DNA of 63,986 nt, counting the filler, from Raillietiella orientalis (lineage: Eukaryota): assembly GCA_036172245.1 (NCBI GenBank). It is 3 parts of 3 records of this genome, joined end to end, with 100 filler letters (N's around TTAATTAATTAA, not from the genome) between each part and the next. Parts side by side here need not be neighbours in the genome. Positions count along the whole stretch, not along the records: positions 29,643 to 58,784 come from JAYWIR010000207.1; positions 58,885 to 63,986 come from JAYWIR010000327.1; 1 more part is not named here. One strand, written 5' to 3'. The notes under the pieces were generated by a model, which did not search any database, was not told where the DNA came from, and saw only the letters and a program-made list of their open reading frames with translations. Below, piece by piece: positions 50,834 through 61,800 of this stretch. How positions within the stretch are numbered: position 1 is the stretch's first letter; every line of letters begins with the position of its first letter. Position numbers and translations under genes: made by a program.

Positions 50834-53800
50834 CTTTGGAATAAAACAAACGTTGGTGGCTGACCAGGTGGTCCGGCCACGCGCTGGTACACAAAATTAA
50901 GCCTGCCGGGTCACCGGTTCGTATTCCGGCACGGTCCACCACGACAGTAGAGGGGCCAAGGACAAAACAAAAAATAAAACCAAAAAAAAGAAATATATAA
51001 AATCAAGATCTGGGGGGCACGGGAAGGGATCACAGTCTGCTGGGGGGCCGTTACATCGTTTGCAGGATGCCGGCAAGCTGTTTTTGGATGTTTGAATCCA
51101 GATGGGTCCATCCTGTCGCCGTCCGCATAAATTCGGCTGCGCACTGGACAGCACCCTTATCGCGAGGTCCTCCCGTTGCTTTGCTCCATGCAGCGACGAT
51201 CCCGCGAAAGCAGCACAGAGCTGCTAACGCGGCCGAGGGCCGAAGGGCGTCGCAAACGAAGAGGGATGTGATTGCGCCTCTAAGGTTGCCACAGGGGTTA
51301 CCGATTGCCGCAACAAAACGGTTCCAAAGGGGCCGAAGAGCCACACAATCCTAAAGGAGATGAGTGAGGGACTCCCATTCTCCACACCTCGCACAATTAG
51401 GGCTCACCGCTTCCCAGGTGCAATGGTGTCGGCGGGCGTTGCAGGGGAGTTCCCAATGCAGCAACAATAGCGCCGACTCCTGCCATTTTAAGGGGAGGGT
51501 GGAGGTGTTCATCAGCACCGGGGGCCACTTTAATTGTTCCCGCGGAACATTAAGCAGCTCGCCCCAGCGCCAAAGTCCAATAGGGGTGGTAGTCCGGGCC
51601 GCGGTATCGCAGAGAATTCCCGTTTTCCATTCTCCGATCTTTTTCTCCGTACCGGAGATTTTGATGTAAACATCCCATTTCGCAGCAGTGTTGCTGTTCA
51701 AATGTTACGCGAGCGGAAACAGCATTGCAGCGAGGGGAGTTTTTCTTGCCCACGCTCGTTTTTGGAGGTTCTCTAGGACCTCTTGGAGCGTCAGGCGGTC
51801 ATTACAGGCGAACAATTGTTTCTGCCCTTCTTGGGTGCATTGCTGGTTGCTATTTGCCCACATCTGAACTGTTTCCTGCAGCCATGCAGGTCCGTTAACG
51901 GGGCGACAGCAGAGCCATCCTGCGTTCTTCCTCATCAGGTCAGCCACTCTCCGTAGCTGCAACCCGCAATGACCGACAAGGCGGCGCCGACGGAGCGCAA
52001 GGAAGGATGACAGTCCCACCTTGCCTGTAGCCTGCTTGACGAGGAGACGTGCGGGCTCGCACCAACTGCTATTCCAATATTTCGCCACTAGGGCGAGTAA
52101 CCGAAACTGGAGCTGGAGCTCCAGCAACTCTAGCGTCAGGAGGCCGAGACCGCCGTTTCGACACGGAGCGCTCAAGTCCTCAAGCCGGACTCGAGCCCTC
52201 CCATTACCCCACAGGGCAATCCTTAGGAGGTCCTTCGTCCGCTTTTTAGTCTCTGTTGTGGGGGGACAAACAAAAAGCAGGGAACGGAGGAGGGGCGCCG
52301 CGAATGCGTTCGACACCGCGGCCCGTTCCGTCAGGAAAAACCTGCGGCCCGAAAACGGGCCGATCGCCGTCTCTACCTTTTGGAGGCAGCTGGACCACGC
52401 ATCCGAAGGGAGGTAATCACCCATCGGTACACCGAGGTACTTGAAGTACCGTACCGTGGGGATCCCCAAACAGACCCAGTCCGGCTGCCCTGCTCACGCC
52501 GCACCGATTGGCATGACGGACGACTTCACCCTGTTCAACTCAAGCCCGGTTCCCCTACTTAGCAGGTCGAAGAACTCCTCGACCGCCGATGCCGGGGTGG
52601 ACATAGGGAGTAGCAGCAGTAGGTCTTCCGCATATGCTGACACTGCGGGCGTACCGGGATAGTCGCGCGGCAGGTGCGCTAGAGTTTCCCTGTACGCTCT
52701 CAGTACCAACTCGAAGTAGGTACTGAAGAGCAAGGGACTCAGGCTGTCTCCCTGCCGTATGCCGCGTTGCACCGGTACGCCGTGCACGGTGTGTCCACTG
52801 AAAAAGATCTGGATGAGCGCTTCGCGCCAGCAGGATCGCAGGTAGGTCAGCAAAGAGACCGGGAAGCCCAAGCGTTCCAGGAGCTCCAGGAGGAGCCTCT
52901 GGTCGACACAGTCGAATGCTTTATGCAAGTCGACTGCGACTGCGAGGGCTCCCTCCACCCCCAACCATCCCGTTTCCTAGCGGCGGACATTCCGAAAGTC
53001 CGGTTGCCCATCCTGACCCTTTCCTGTTGGAGCGCGAAAAAGGTGCTGGCGAGGAACAGGTTGGCATCCATGCTCCGCCCGGGAACAGCATATGTCTGCT
53101 CCGGGCTAATGAAGCTTTCCGCTAACCGCCCCAGGCGTTCAGCCCACAATTTCGCCAGCAACTTGACGTCCGCGTTTATCACGGTAATTGGCCGCCAGTT
53201 GCTCATGCTCCGAAGGTCTCCTCCCTTAGGGTGGAGACGCACCTTTGCCGAACGAAACGAGACGGGGACGTCGCCCGTTTCGCGGATCAGCAAGGTGAGT
53301 TTCTTCACCGGAGGAGTGAGCTCTGCCGCGAAACATTGAAAAAATTCCGCTGGCATTCCGCCTTCCCCTGGAACCTTCCGCCTCTTGAGCTTTCCGATGG
53401 CCGAGATGATCTCGCCCATCGTGAAAGGCTCGTCGAGGGTCTTTCTATCTTCCTCACCGATCGCCGGAGCGCCTTCCGGAAGAAGAAGTCGCGAGACATC
53501 CCGTTCCGGTGAAGCGCGCGCGTACAGGGAGGAGTAGAATTTTTTTAATAAGCCTTTTACCTGGGGAGGGGGCAGAGTGCTCCGAACCCAGGTCGTCCAG
53601 TAAGCTGGCCGACCCGGATTGCCACGCCTGCCTCTCGGCTCCCGCACGGTATTCGGCTAGCCTGCGTACGTCTGGTGTTCGCGCGTAACATCGAGATTGT
53701 AAATACCATCTCTCGTTACGCACGCTTTCACCAAACCCGGCAGGCAGGAGATTCATAGGGAACTCGTCGCAAAAATTCCGGACCGAGCGCTTGAAGCGGT

Positions 53801-55048
53801 CCCAGTCCTGAAGCGTCTGCAAGCTGAAACCTCGTATGAATCCGCGGAGATGCTCTGCGGCTTCCGGAAGTTTCAGCCAGTCCCCCGGTAAGCGCCACGC
53901 AGATGACGGCGGACCCTTATCGCGTGGGCGCACCTCTAGTACGATCCGGTCATGGTCCGACAGTTCCGACGGTAACTTGCCGCGCCTGCAAACGCGTGAG
54001 CATAGGTGCTGGTCAAGAAACACGTGATCTATGCTGTCGGCCATTTCCGGATCTCCCGCGAACAAGTTGCGCGTGTGCATTTCTGCGCACAGCTCGTTCA
54101 CGCGGTCCCGAAGTGTGTCGGACGCAACTGACAGCAGGCGCAGGTTAAAGTCACCTGCGATTAGGATCGCTTTGGGCACTCCCGCTTCGTCCAGATATTC
54201 GCGCCTCAGGGTAAGGAAGAAATCTCTCCTTGCCTTTGCCCTTAGCGCGTCGCTGCCGCTTGAAGCGTACACGTTGGTAATGACCAGATCGATGGAGTCG
54301 GACCACCTGATGGTCAACTGCCCGACGCGACCGGCACTATCGAACCGTACGCCCTTTGCCGCAGCCTCGACAGCTGAACGAAGCAGAAACGCGACACCGC
54401 AAGATTTAACGGTGCCGCAACGCCACAGCAGCCGTCCACCCGAGATACGCTCGATCTCCGTTGCTTGATCTGCGGAGATCACGTGGATCTCTTGCAGCAG
54501 CACCAGTTCGAACGATGCCAGGGTGGAGGCCACGTCTCGTCTCTTGCCGTCGTCGCTTAGCCCGTTGACGTTCCAACAGGCAATTCGCAGACGGCGGCAA
54601 GAGGCGATTCCCGACATTAAGGCTGGAAACGTGGCGTTGCAGCACCTGTCAACGGACAGGTGGGAGGGACGAGTAAGGAAACCGCGGCCATCTCAGGCAC
54701 TTGAAGCACCTGGGGCACAGACTCTACCCTTTCCCTCCCTCCGGGGTCGCAGCGTGAGGTTACCTCTCGAGTAGAGTCCCCGGAGTTCCCCACTTTATTG
54801 GCACGCTCGCTTCCCTCAATTATCTCTCCCTTTTCCACGGACGGGATAATTTTGCGAATAGCCTTCTTCGTGCGATTGACCTTCGGGCGGGAGGCCGCGA
54901 TGCCGAAAGCTGTGTTTTCCGCCTCTGCTTCAGAGTTCGGAATCTTTGAATTCTTGATCGAGGTCGGACGCCTTAAGGCCTTTTTCGCGGATTTAAGGGC
55001 TGCAAGGACGCAGCGAGCTCCTCCGCCGCTCGCTCAAAGGCGACGTGG
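50804..55048 (-). mobile_element. L1/Tx1-like LINE copy F: end of ORF1, complete but disrupted ORF2, 3' UTR; ORF1 cut by copy G
   Basis: 53454..54617 APE (CWNVNG, LQEIH, GDFN, IDHVF, SDH); 52847..53647 and 52494..52964 RT (DLHKAFDCV, GIRQGDSLSPLLF, YAED); 51705..52469 FKYLGVP; 51351..51701 CARCGEWESLTHLL. AATAAA at 50833-50828, then hairpin and AAAA. Confidence 0.93.
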
Positions 55049-55079
55049 TTTATTACCCGGTTGCGCCGAAACGTTTATT
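55049..55079 (-). terminator. LINE 3'-terminal motif of copy G
   Basis: Minus strand aataaa-cgt-ttcgg-cgcaa-ccggg-taataaa. Confidence 0.8.
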
Positions 55080-57768
55080 ATAATATCAACTGAGAACTGT
55101 GTTCCCAGGCAAGGGGAACAGAAAAATGGAGAGCAGATTTCCCGGAACACAGTCCGGACACACTGAGAGTTTGCAACGGGAAGGGGTAGGACAATAAATA
55201 AATAAACTGGGTGAAGGGGCGGGGACAGGGGTATACCGTCTAACCGTTCCTATTCTCAGAACCAACGGTGAATGCCGCCGAACTCCATCCTCACTTCTGC
55301 TCCAAGATTTGGCCACCCGGCAGCCATTTGCAGGTTGCAGGCTGCGGTGTCGGGGACCGATGTTGGGACTGCTTGCATCTGCAATACGTGGCGGGCCCTG
55401 ACAATGGCGCGGACGCAGAAGATGATTGCGACGACTGCTCCAAGAGAGAGTCCGCCACGCGTGTAGAAGCGGCGCATCCAATCCAGTGCGGTGTGTGCAG
55501 CGTGCAGGAGCACTGAGGACAGCCGCTGCCACAGATCCTGGAGGGCACCGCACTCAAACAGCAGATGCGAGAGCGATTTCACCGCTCCGCATTGGGCACA
55601 GTTCAAGGAAGCAACTCCCCGGAAATCAGGTGCGCCCGCTGATTGCAGTACAAACCCAAATGCACCAGCAGAAAAGCGTCCTGTTTTCACCAAAGGGGGA
55701 AGAGAGTCGTGTGCAAACACGCAGAAGGGACCACAAGTTCATCGGTGGGCACCCCGAGGAGCTCACTCCACCTGAGAAGCTTCTTTCCACGAAGGCGGGG
55801 TGTGGCAGCGTCTGCAACTTCTCAAGTCCGCCAGCCGCCCAGCAGTCGGGTTTCGCCTGCGATTTCGCAACTGATCTCCCACCTCGCCGGCAGGTCACTG
55901 TCATCTCGCACCATCAGTGCACACAGTGCTTCGGCGAGTGGCGTAGTGGCTAGGCGTGTCCACTGGTCCTGGTCTTCCAGCACCTCCCCCACTGGACAGT
56001 ATGGGGAAAGTTTCACGCAACGGAGTTCCAAACAAGACACATCCTGTTGCGCTGCCCAGGACGATAAGGCTTCCTGCCTTTAGGCGTTGAAGTTCGTCGG
56101 TCGGCAGGAGATCCACTCATGCTTTCCCAGAAGCGTGGCGAGCTGCTTCAAAGGGAAGCCGAATCCTCTCTGGGCGCGCTCCGTGCGCAGATGCAACGAA
56201 CGTACTCCGTCGCCACCCGTGCAGCGCCGCAGCAGCAGCTGCCCTGGAGCACACCAGGGAGTAGTCCAGAGCTGCGCACAAAGTGCCAGCATGCGGAACT
56301 GCACTAGCAGTCCGATCCGCTCCAGCGTCAGAATGCCCAATCCTGCATCCCGCCGAGGAGCCGCCAAGTCCTTCAGGCGTATCCTGGACCTCGCCGATCC
56401 TTAAAGGGCGTTCTGCAACAGGAGTTGCGCCCGGTGCTTAGCCGAGTAGGAAGGGGGACAAACAAAAAAGAGGGGTCGGAGGAGGGGGGCAACGAAAATG
56501 TTCCACAGGAAGGCCCGTTCCGACAGGAGAAACCTGCCGCCATGGAACGGGCCCATAGCAGTCTCGGCCTTGTGAAGGCAGTCCGACCACGCTTCTGCTG
56601 AACAGAAGGCGCCCTAGGAAACGTCGAATTACTTCTTGCACCTGCTTGTGGGGATCCCCAGGCGGATCCAGTCGGACTGCCCCTCCCACGTAGAGCCAAC
56701 CGGCACAACGGTTTATTTCGTCCTGTTCACGCTCACGCCCGCTCCCCGACGAATGAGCTCGAAGAACTCCTCTAGCCTGGACGCCGGGGTGGACATGGGC
56801 AGCAGCAGGAGAAGGTCGTCAGCAATGGCGACCACGGCCGATGTTCCCGGGCAGGAGCTCGGCAGGTTGGCCAGCGTCAGCCTGTACGCCCTCAGCACCA
56901 ACTCAAAGAACATGCTGAAGAGCAGAAGGATTAAGCTGTCTCCCTGCCTGATACCCCGCCGTATGGGAATGCCGTACACGTGGCGCCCGTTAAAAGGGAT
57001 ACAGCATAACGCGTGGCGCCAGCAGGAGCGCAAGTAGGCGATGAGGTGCGTCGGGAGGCCTAGGCGTCCCAGAAGCTCCAGAAGGACGTCCCGGTTTACG
57101 CTGTCGAACGCTTTGCAGATATCGACGGCGACCGCTAAGGCTCCCGCCGTGCCATCGTGCATTGAACACCGCCGCTTACCTTTGACAGCGGCGATTTCGG
57201 CTGCCTGACTCTGCTGCGCCTCGCGCTGCTGCAACTCGAACCATGTTCGCGAGAAGAAGAGATTCAAGTCCATGGACCGCTCCGGAACAGCATACGTCTG
57301 CTCCGGACTTATTAAGGACTCTGGGATTCTCCACAGGCGCGCGACCCATAGCCTGGAGAACAACTTGAAGTCCGAATTCATCAATGTGATCGGACGCCAG
57401 TGGCTGAGGTGGCGCAAATCACCGCCTTTCGGCAGGAGCCGCACCTTTGCTGAGCGGAAAGAAGCGGGAACATCTCCCGTCTCACGCATCAGCGAAGAAA
57501 GGCTTAGCACCAGGGGGAAGAGCTCCGCCGCGAAGCACTGAAAGAACGCCGCCGGGTGCCATCCTCCCCAGGCGCCTTACGCATCTTCAGGCCCGCTATG
57601 GTGGAAGATACTTCTTTCGCCGTGAAGGGCCAATCCAATCTGGGGCGTTCCTCCTCGTCGATAGCAGGGTTGCCCGTCGGAAGAAGCAGCTCGGAGAGAC
57701 TGCGTTCCGTGGACTCCTCCGCGTACAACGAGGAGTAGTAGCGCTTGACTGCGCGGTGCACGGCGGAT
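55049..57768 (-). mobile_element. L1/Tx1-like LINE copy G (same subfamily as A): RT + CCHC + 3' UTR, starting just upstream of the RT
   Basis: RYYSSLYA...LDWPFT; 56713..57510 RT (HWRPITL, VDICKAFDSV, GIRQGDSL, IADD); APRRDAGLGILTLERIGL, matching copy A (APSRDAGLGILTIERIGL); CAQCGAVKSLSHLLFEC. AATAAA at 55079-55074 plus hairpin. Confidence 0.92.
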
Positions 57769-58784
57769 CCTCCAACCACCACCTCAACCACCGACGGACC
57801 GCCTCCTTGCGAGCAACAGCCCGTCGCAATAAATACACAACTCCCGCCTGCTGAACAGCAGGCGGAGGACGGTAAGCAAGCACAATAAACACACCAACCC
57901 GTGGACTCTCCTCCTGCTGGCGACTGCGCGTAATCTGTTGGAACGTCAACAAGTTGCGCGACGACGACAAGAGGAGAGAAGTGGCCGCCAGCCTGCGGGA
58001 CTTCGACCTGGCGCTTCTGCAGGAGACGCACGTGCTCCACGCAGGGGAGGCCCAGGAAATCGAACGGAACGCAGGCGGGCGGCTCGTATACCAAAACGGG
58101 AGAGACCACACCCGCGGTGTGGCTTTCATGCTGAAGCCAGCCGTCGTTAATGCGCTGCGCGACGTGCACTTCGACGGGGAAGGTCAAATCGGGCAGCATG
58201 TTGCCAAGTGGTCCGACGCGATCGACCTCGTCGTGACCAACGTGTACACGCCCGGCACGAGCTACAGGCGCGGGAACGCACTGCGTTCTTCAAAGGACTG
58301 CGGCGAGATTGGCTGTCCGAAGCAGACATGCGAAAGGCGCACCTCATTGCCGGGGACTTTAAAGTCCGCCTGCTGGCAGGTGCGCCCGACATTCGCGCAC
58401 AGCTGGTCAACGAGATGTGCGCTGCCATGCACGTGCGCAACTTGTTGGCCGGTGACGCCGGGACGGAGACGAGGATCGACCACATGTTCCTCGACAACCG
58501 CCTGTGTTCGCGGGTGGGAAATCGAGGGGCAGTGCCATCCGAACTTTCCGACCATCCCCGGCTCGTGCTAGAAATACACCCGCGCGGTAGAGGTCCACCC
58601 TCCACAGCGTGGCGTTTGCCAGGGGACTGGTTGCGCCTCGCAGGAGCAGCGCAACATCTTCGCTCGTTCCTGCAAGGATTCCATCTGCAGTCGCTCGCGG
58701 ACTAAGACGACTTGAAGAGCTCAGTCCGCGAGTTCTGCGACCAGTTTCCCCTGAACCGTCTCCCTCCAGGTTTCGGCGGAGAAC
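57769..58784 (+). mobile_element. LINE segment H: end of ORF1 plus APE domain, running into the gap (probably the inverted 5' part of G)
   Basis: CWNVN at about 57936, LQETH, NVYTP (57954..58571), then HLIAGDFK, IDHMFLD, LSDH (58208..58705). Head-to-head with G; junction position approximate. Confidence 0.88.
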
Positions 58785-58884
58785 NNNNNNNNNNNNNNNN
58801 NNNNNNNNNNNNNNNNNNNNNNNNNNNNTTAATTAATTAANNNNNNNNNNNNNNNNNNNNNNNNNNNNNNNNNNNNNNNNNNNN
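58785..58884. other. Assembly gap with artificial TTAATTAATTAA linker
   Basis: 44 N + TTAATTAATTAA (58829-58840) + 44 N, identical in design to the first gap. Confidence 0.97.
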
Positions 58885-61800
58885 AAAAGATAGAGGAATT
58901 TCTTTGATGCATTTTGAAGGTTCTATTTCTATGCTGGAAGTGGAAGTAGACAGCTTCCAACCATTTTGAGGTCTCAGGATTTCGACCGAATTCTTCGGGA
59001 ACCGGCCATGGTCGTTTTGGTGCAAGTGCGGAGATTTGGACGGAAAACAGCACATTGGAAATAGAAAACATACAGGAATTTCTGTGATGCATTTTGAAGA
59101 TTCTATTTCTATGCTGGAAGACGAAGTAGATTGATTCCAACCATTTCGATGTCTCAGGATTGCGACCGAATTCATCGGGAACCGGCCATGGTCGTTTTGG
59201 TGCAAGTGCGAAGATTTGGACGGAAAACACCACAATGGAAATAGAAAACATAGAGGAATTTTTGTGATGCATTTTGAAGATTCTATTTCTGTGCTGGAAG
59301 TCGAAGTGGATTGATTCCAACCATTTTGATGTCTAAGGATTGCGACCGAAATAATCGGGAACCGGCCATGGTCGTTTAGGTACAAGTGCGGAGATTTGGA
59401 CGGAAAACACCACATTGGAAATAGAAAAGATAGAGGAAATTCTGTGATGCATTTTGAAGATTCTATTTCTATGCTGGAAGACGAAGTAGATTGATTCCAA
59501 CCATTTCGATGTCTCAGGATTGCGACCGAATTCATCGGGAAGCGACCATGGTCGTTTTGGTGCAAGTGCGGAGATTTGGACGGAAAACACCACATTGGAA
59601 ATAGAAAAGATAGTGGAATTTTTTTGATGCATTTTGGGGATTCTATTTCTATGCTGGAAGAGGAAGTAGATTGATTGCAACCATTTTGATGTCTCAGGAT
59701 TGCTACCGAATTCATCGGGAAGCGGCCATGGTCGTTTACATGCAAGTGCGGAGATTTGGACGGAAAACACCACATTGGAAATAAAAAAGATAGAGGAATT
59801 TGTTTGATGCACTTTGAAGATTCTATTTCTATGCTGGAAGAGGAAATAGATTGATTCCAATTATTTTGATGTCTCAGGATTGCGACCGAGTTCATCCGGA
59901 ACCGGCCATGGTCGTGTTGGTGCAAGTGCGAAGATTAGGAAGGAAAACACCACATTGGAAATAGAAAAGATAGAGGAATTTCTTTGATGCATTTTGAAGA
60001 TTCTATTTCTATGCTGGAAGTGGAAGTAGACAGCTTCCAACCATTTTGAGGTCTCAGGATTTCGACCGAATTCTTCGGGAACCGGCCATGGTCGTTTTGG
60101 TGCAAGTGCGGAGATTTGGACGGAAAATACCACATTGGAAATAGAAAAGATAGAGGAATTTCTTTGATGCATTTTGAAGATTCTATTTCTATGCTGGAAG
60201 TGGAAGTAGACAGCCTCCAACCATTTTGAGGTCTCAGGATTTCGACCGAATTCTTCGGGAACCGGCCATGGTCGTTTTGGTGCAAGTGCGGAGATTTGGA
60301 CGGAAAATACCACATTAGAAATAGAAAAGATAGACGAATTTGTTTGATGCATTTTGAAGATTCTATTTCTATGCTGGAAGTGGAAGTAGATTGATTCCAA
60401 CCATTTTGATGTCTCAGGATTGCTTTCGAATTCATCGGGAACCGGCCATGGTCGATTTGGTGCAAGTGCGGAGATTTGGACGGAAAATACCACATTGGAA
60501 ATAGAAAAGATAGAGGAATTTCTTTGATGCATTTTGAGGATTCTATTTCTATGCTGAAAGTGGAAGTAGACAGCTTCCAACCATTTTGAGGTCTCACGAT
60601 TTCGACCGAATTCTTCGGGAACCGGCCATGGTCGTTTTCGTGCAAGTGCGGAGATTTGGACGGAAAACATCACATTGGAAATAGAAAAGATAGAGGAATT
60701 TCTTTGATGCATTTTGAAGATTCTATTTCTATGCTGAAAGTGGAAGTAGACAGCTTCCAACCATTTTCATGTCTCAGGATTGCGACCGAATTCATCCGGA
60801 AACGGCCATGGTCGTGTTGGTGCAAGTGCGAAGATTTGGACGGAAAACACCACATTGGAAATAGAAAACATAGAGGAATTTTTGTGATGCATTTTGATGA
60901 TTCTTTTTTTGTGCTGGAAGACGAAGTAGATTGATTCCAACCATTTTGATGTCTCAGGATAGCGACCGAATTCATCGGGAACCGACCATGGTCGTTTTGG
61001 TGCTAGTGCGGAGATTTGGAAGGAAAACACCACATTAGAAATAGAAAAGATAGAGGAATTTTTTGGATGCACTTTGAAGATTCTATTTCTCTGCTGGAAG
61101 TGGAAGTAGATTGCTTCCAACCATTTTGAGGTCTCAGGATTGCGACCGAATTCATCGGGAAGCGGCCATGGTCGTTTACATGCAAGTGCGGAGATTTGGA
61201 CGGAAAACACCACATTGGAATTAGAAAACACAGAGGAATTTGTTTGATGCACTTTGATGATTTTATCTCTATGCTGGGAGTGGAAGTAGATGGCTTCCAA
61301 CCATTTTGAGGTCTCAGGATTGCGAGCGAATTCATCGAGAAGCGGCCATGGTCGTTTTGGGTGCAAGTGCGAAGATTTGGACGGAAAACACCACATTGGA
61401 AATAGAAAACATAGAGGAATTTCTGTGATGCATTTTGAAGATTCTATTTCTATGCTGGAAGACGAAGTAGATTGATTCCAACCATTTCGATGTCTCAGGA
61501 TTGCGACCGAATTCATCGGGAACCGGCCATGGTCGTTTTGGTGCAAGTGCGAAGATTTGGACGGAAAACACCATAATGGAAATAGAAAACATAGAGGAAT
61601 TTTTGTGATGCATTTTTAAGATTCTATTTCTGTGCTGGAAGTCGAAGTGGATTGATTCCAACCATTTTGATGTCTAAGGATTGCGACCGAAATTATCGGG
61701 AACCGGCCATGGTCGTTTAGGTACAAGTGCGGAGATTTGGACGGAAAACACCACATTGGAAATAGAAAAGATAGAGGAATTTTTTGGATGCACTTTAAAG

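Noticed and set aside
32444..55049. Sequence-specific target site shared by the insertions
   Set aside because: The 3' flanks (tttcaacg, tcttatgg, cgctccgg, tcgagttc, ccacgtcg) show no convincing consensus across five sites.
29643..58784. Bacterial retron, group II intron, DGR or LTR-element reverse transcriptases
   Set aside because: The RTs follow an APE endonuclease and a CCHC-knuckle ORF1 and end in poly(A) signals. No LTRs, integrase, or intron/retron RNA structures were seen.
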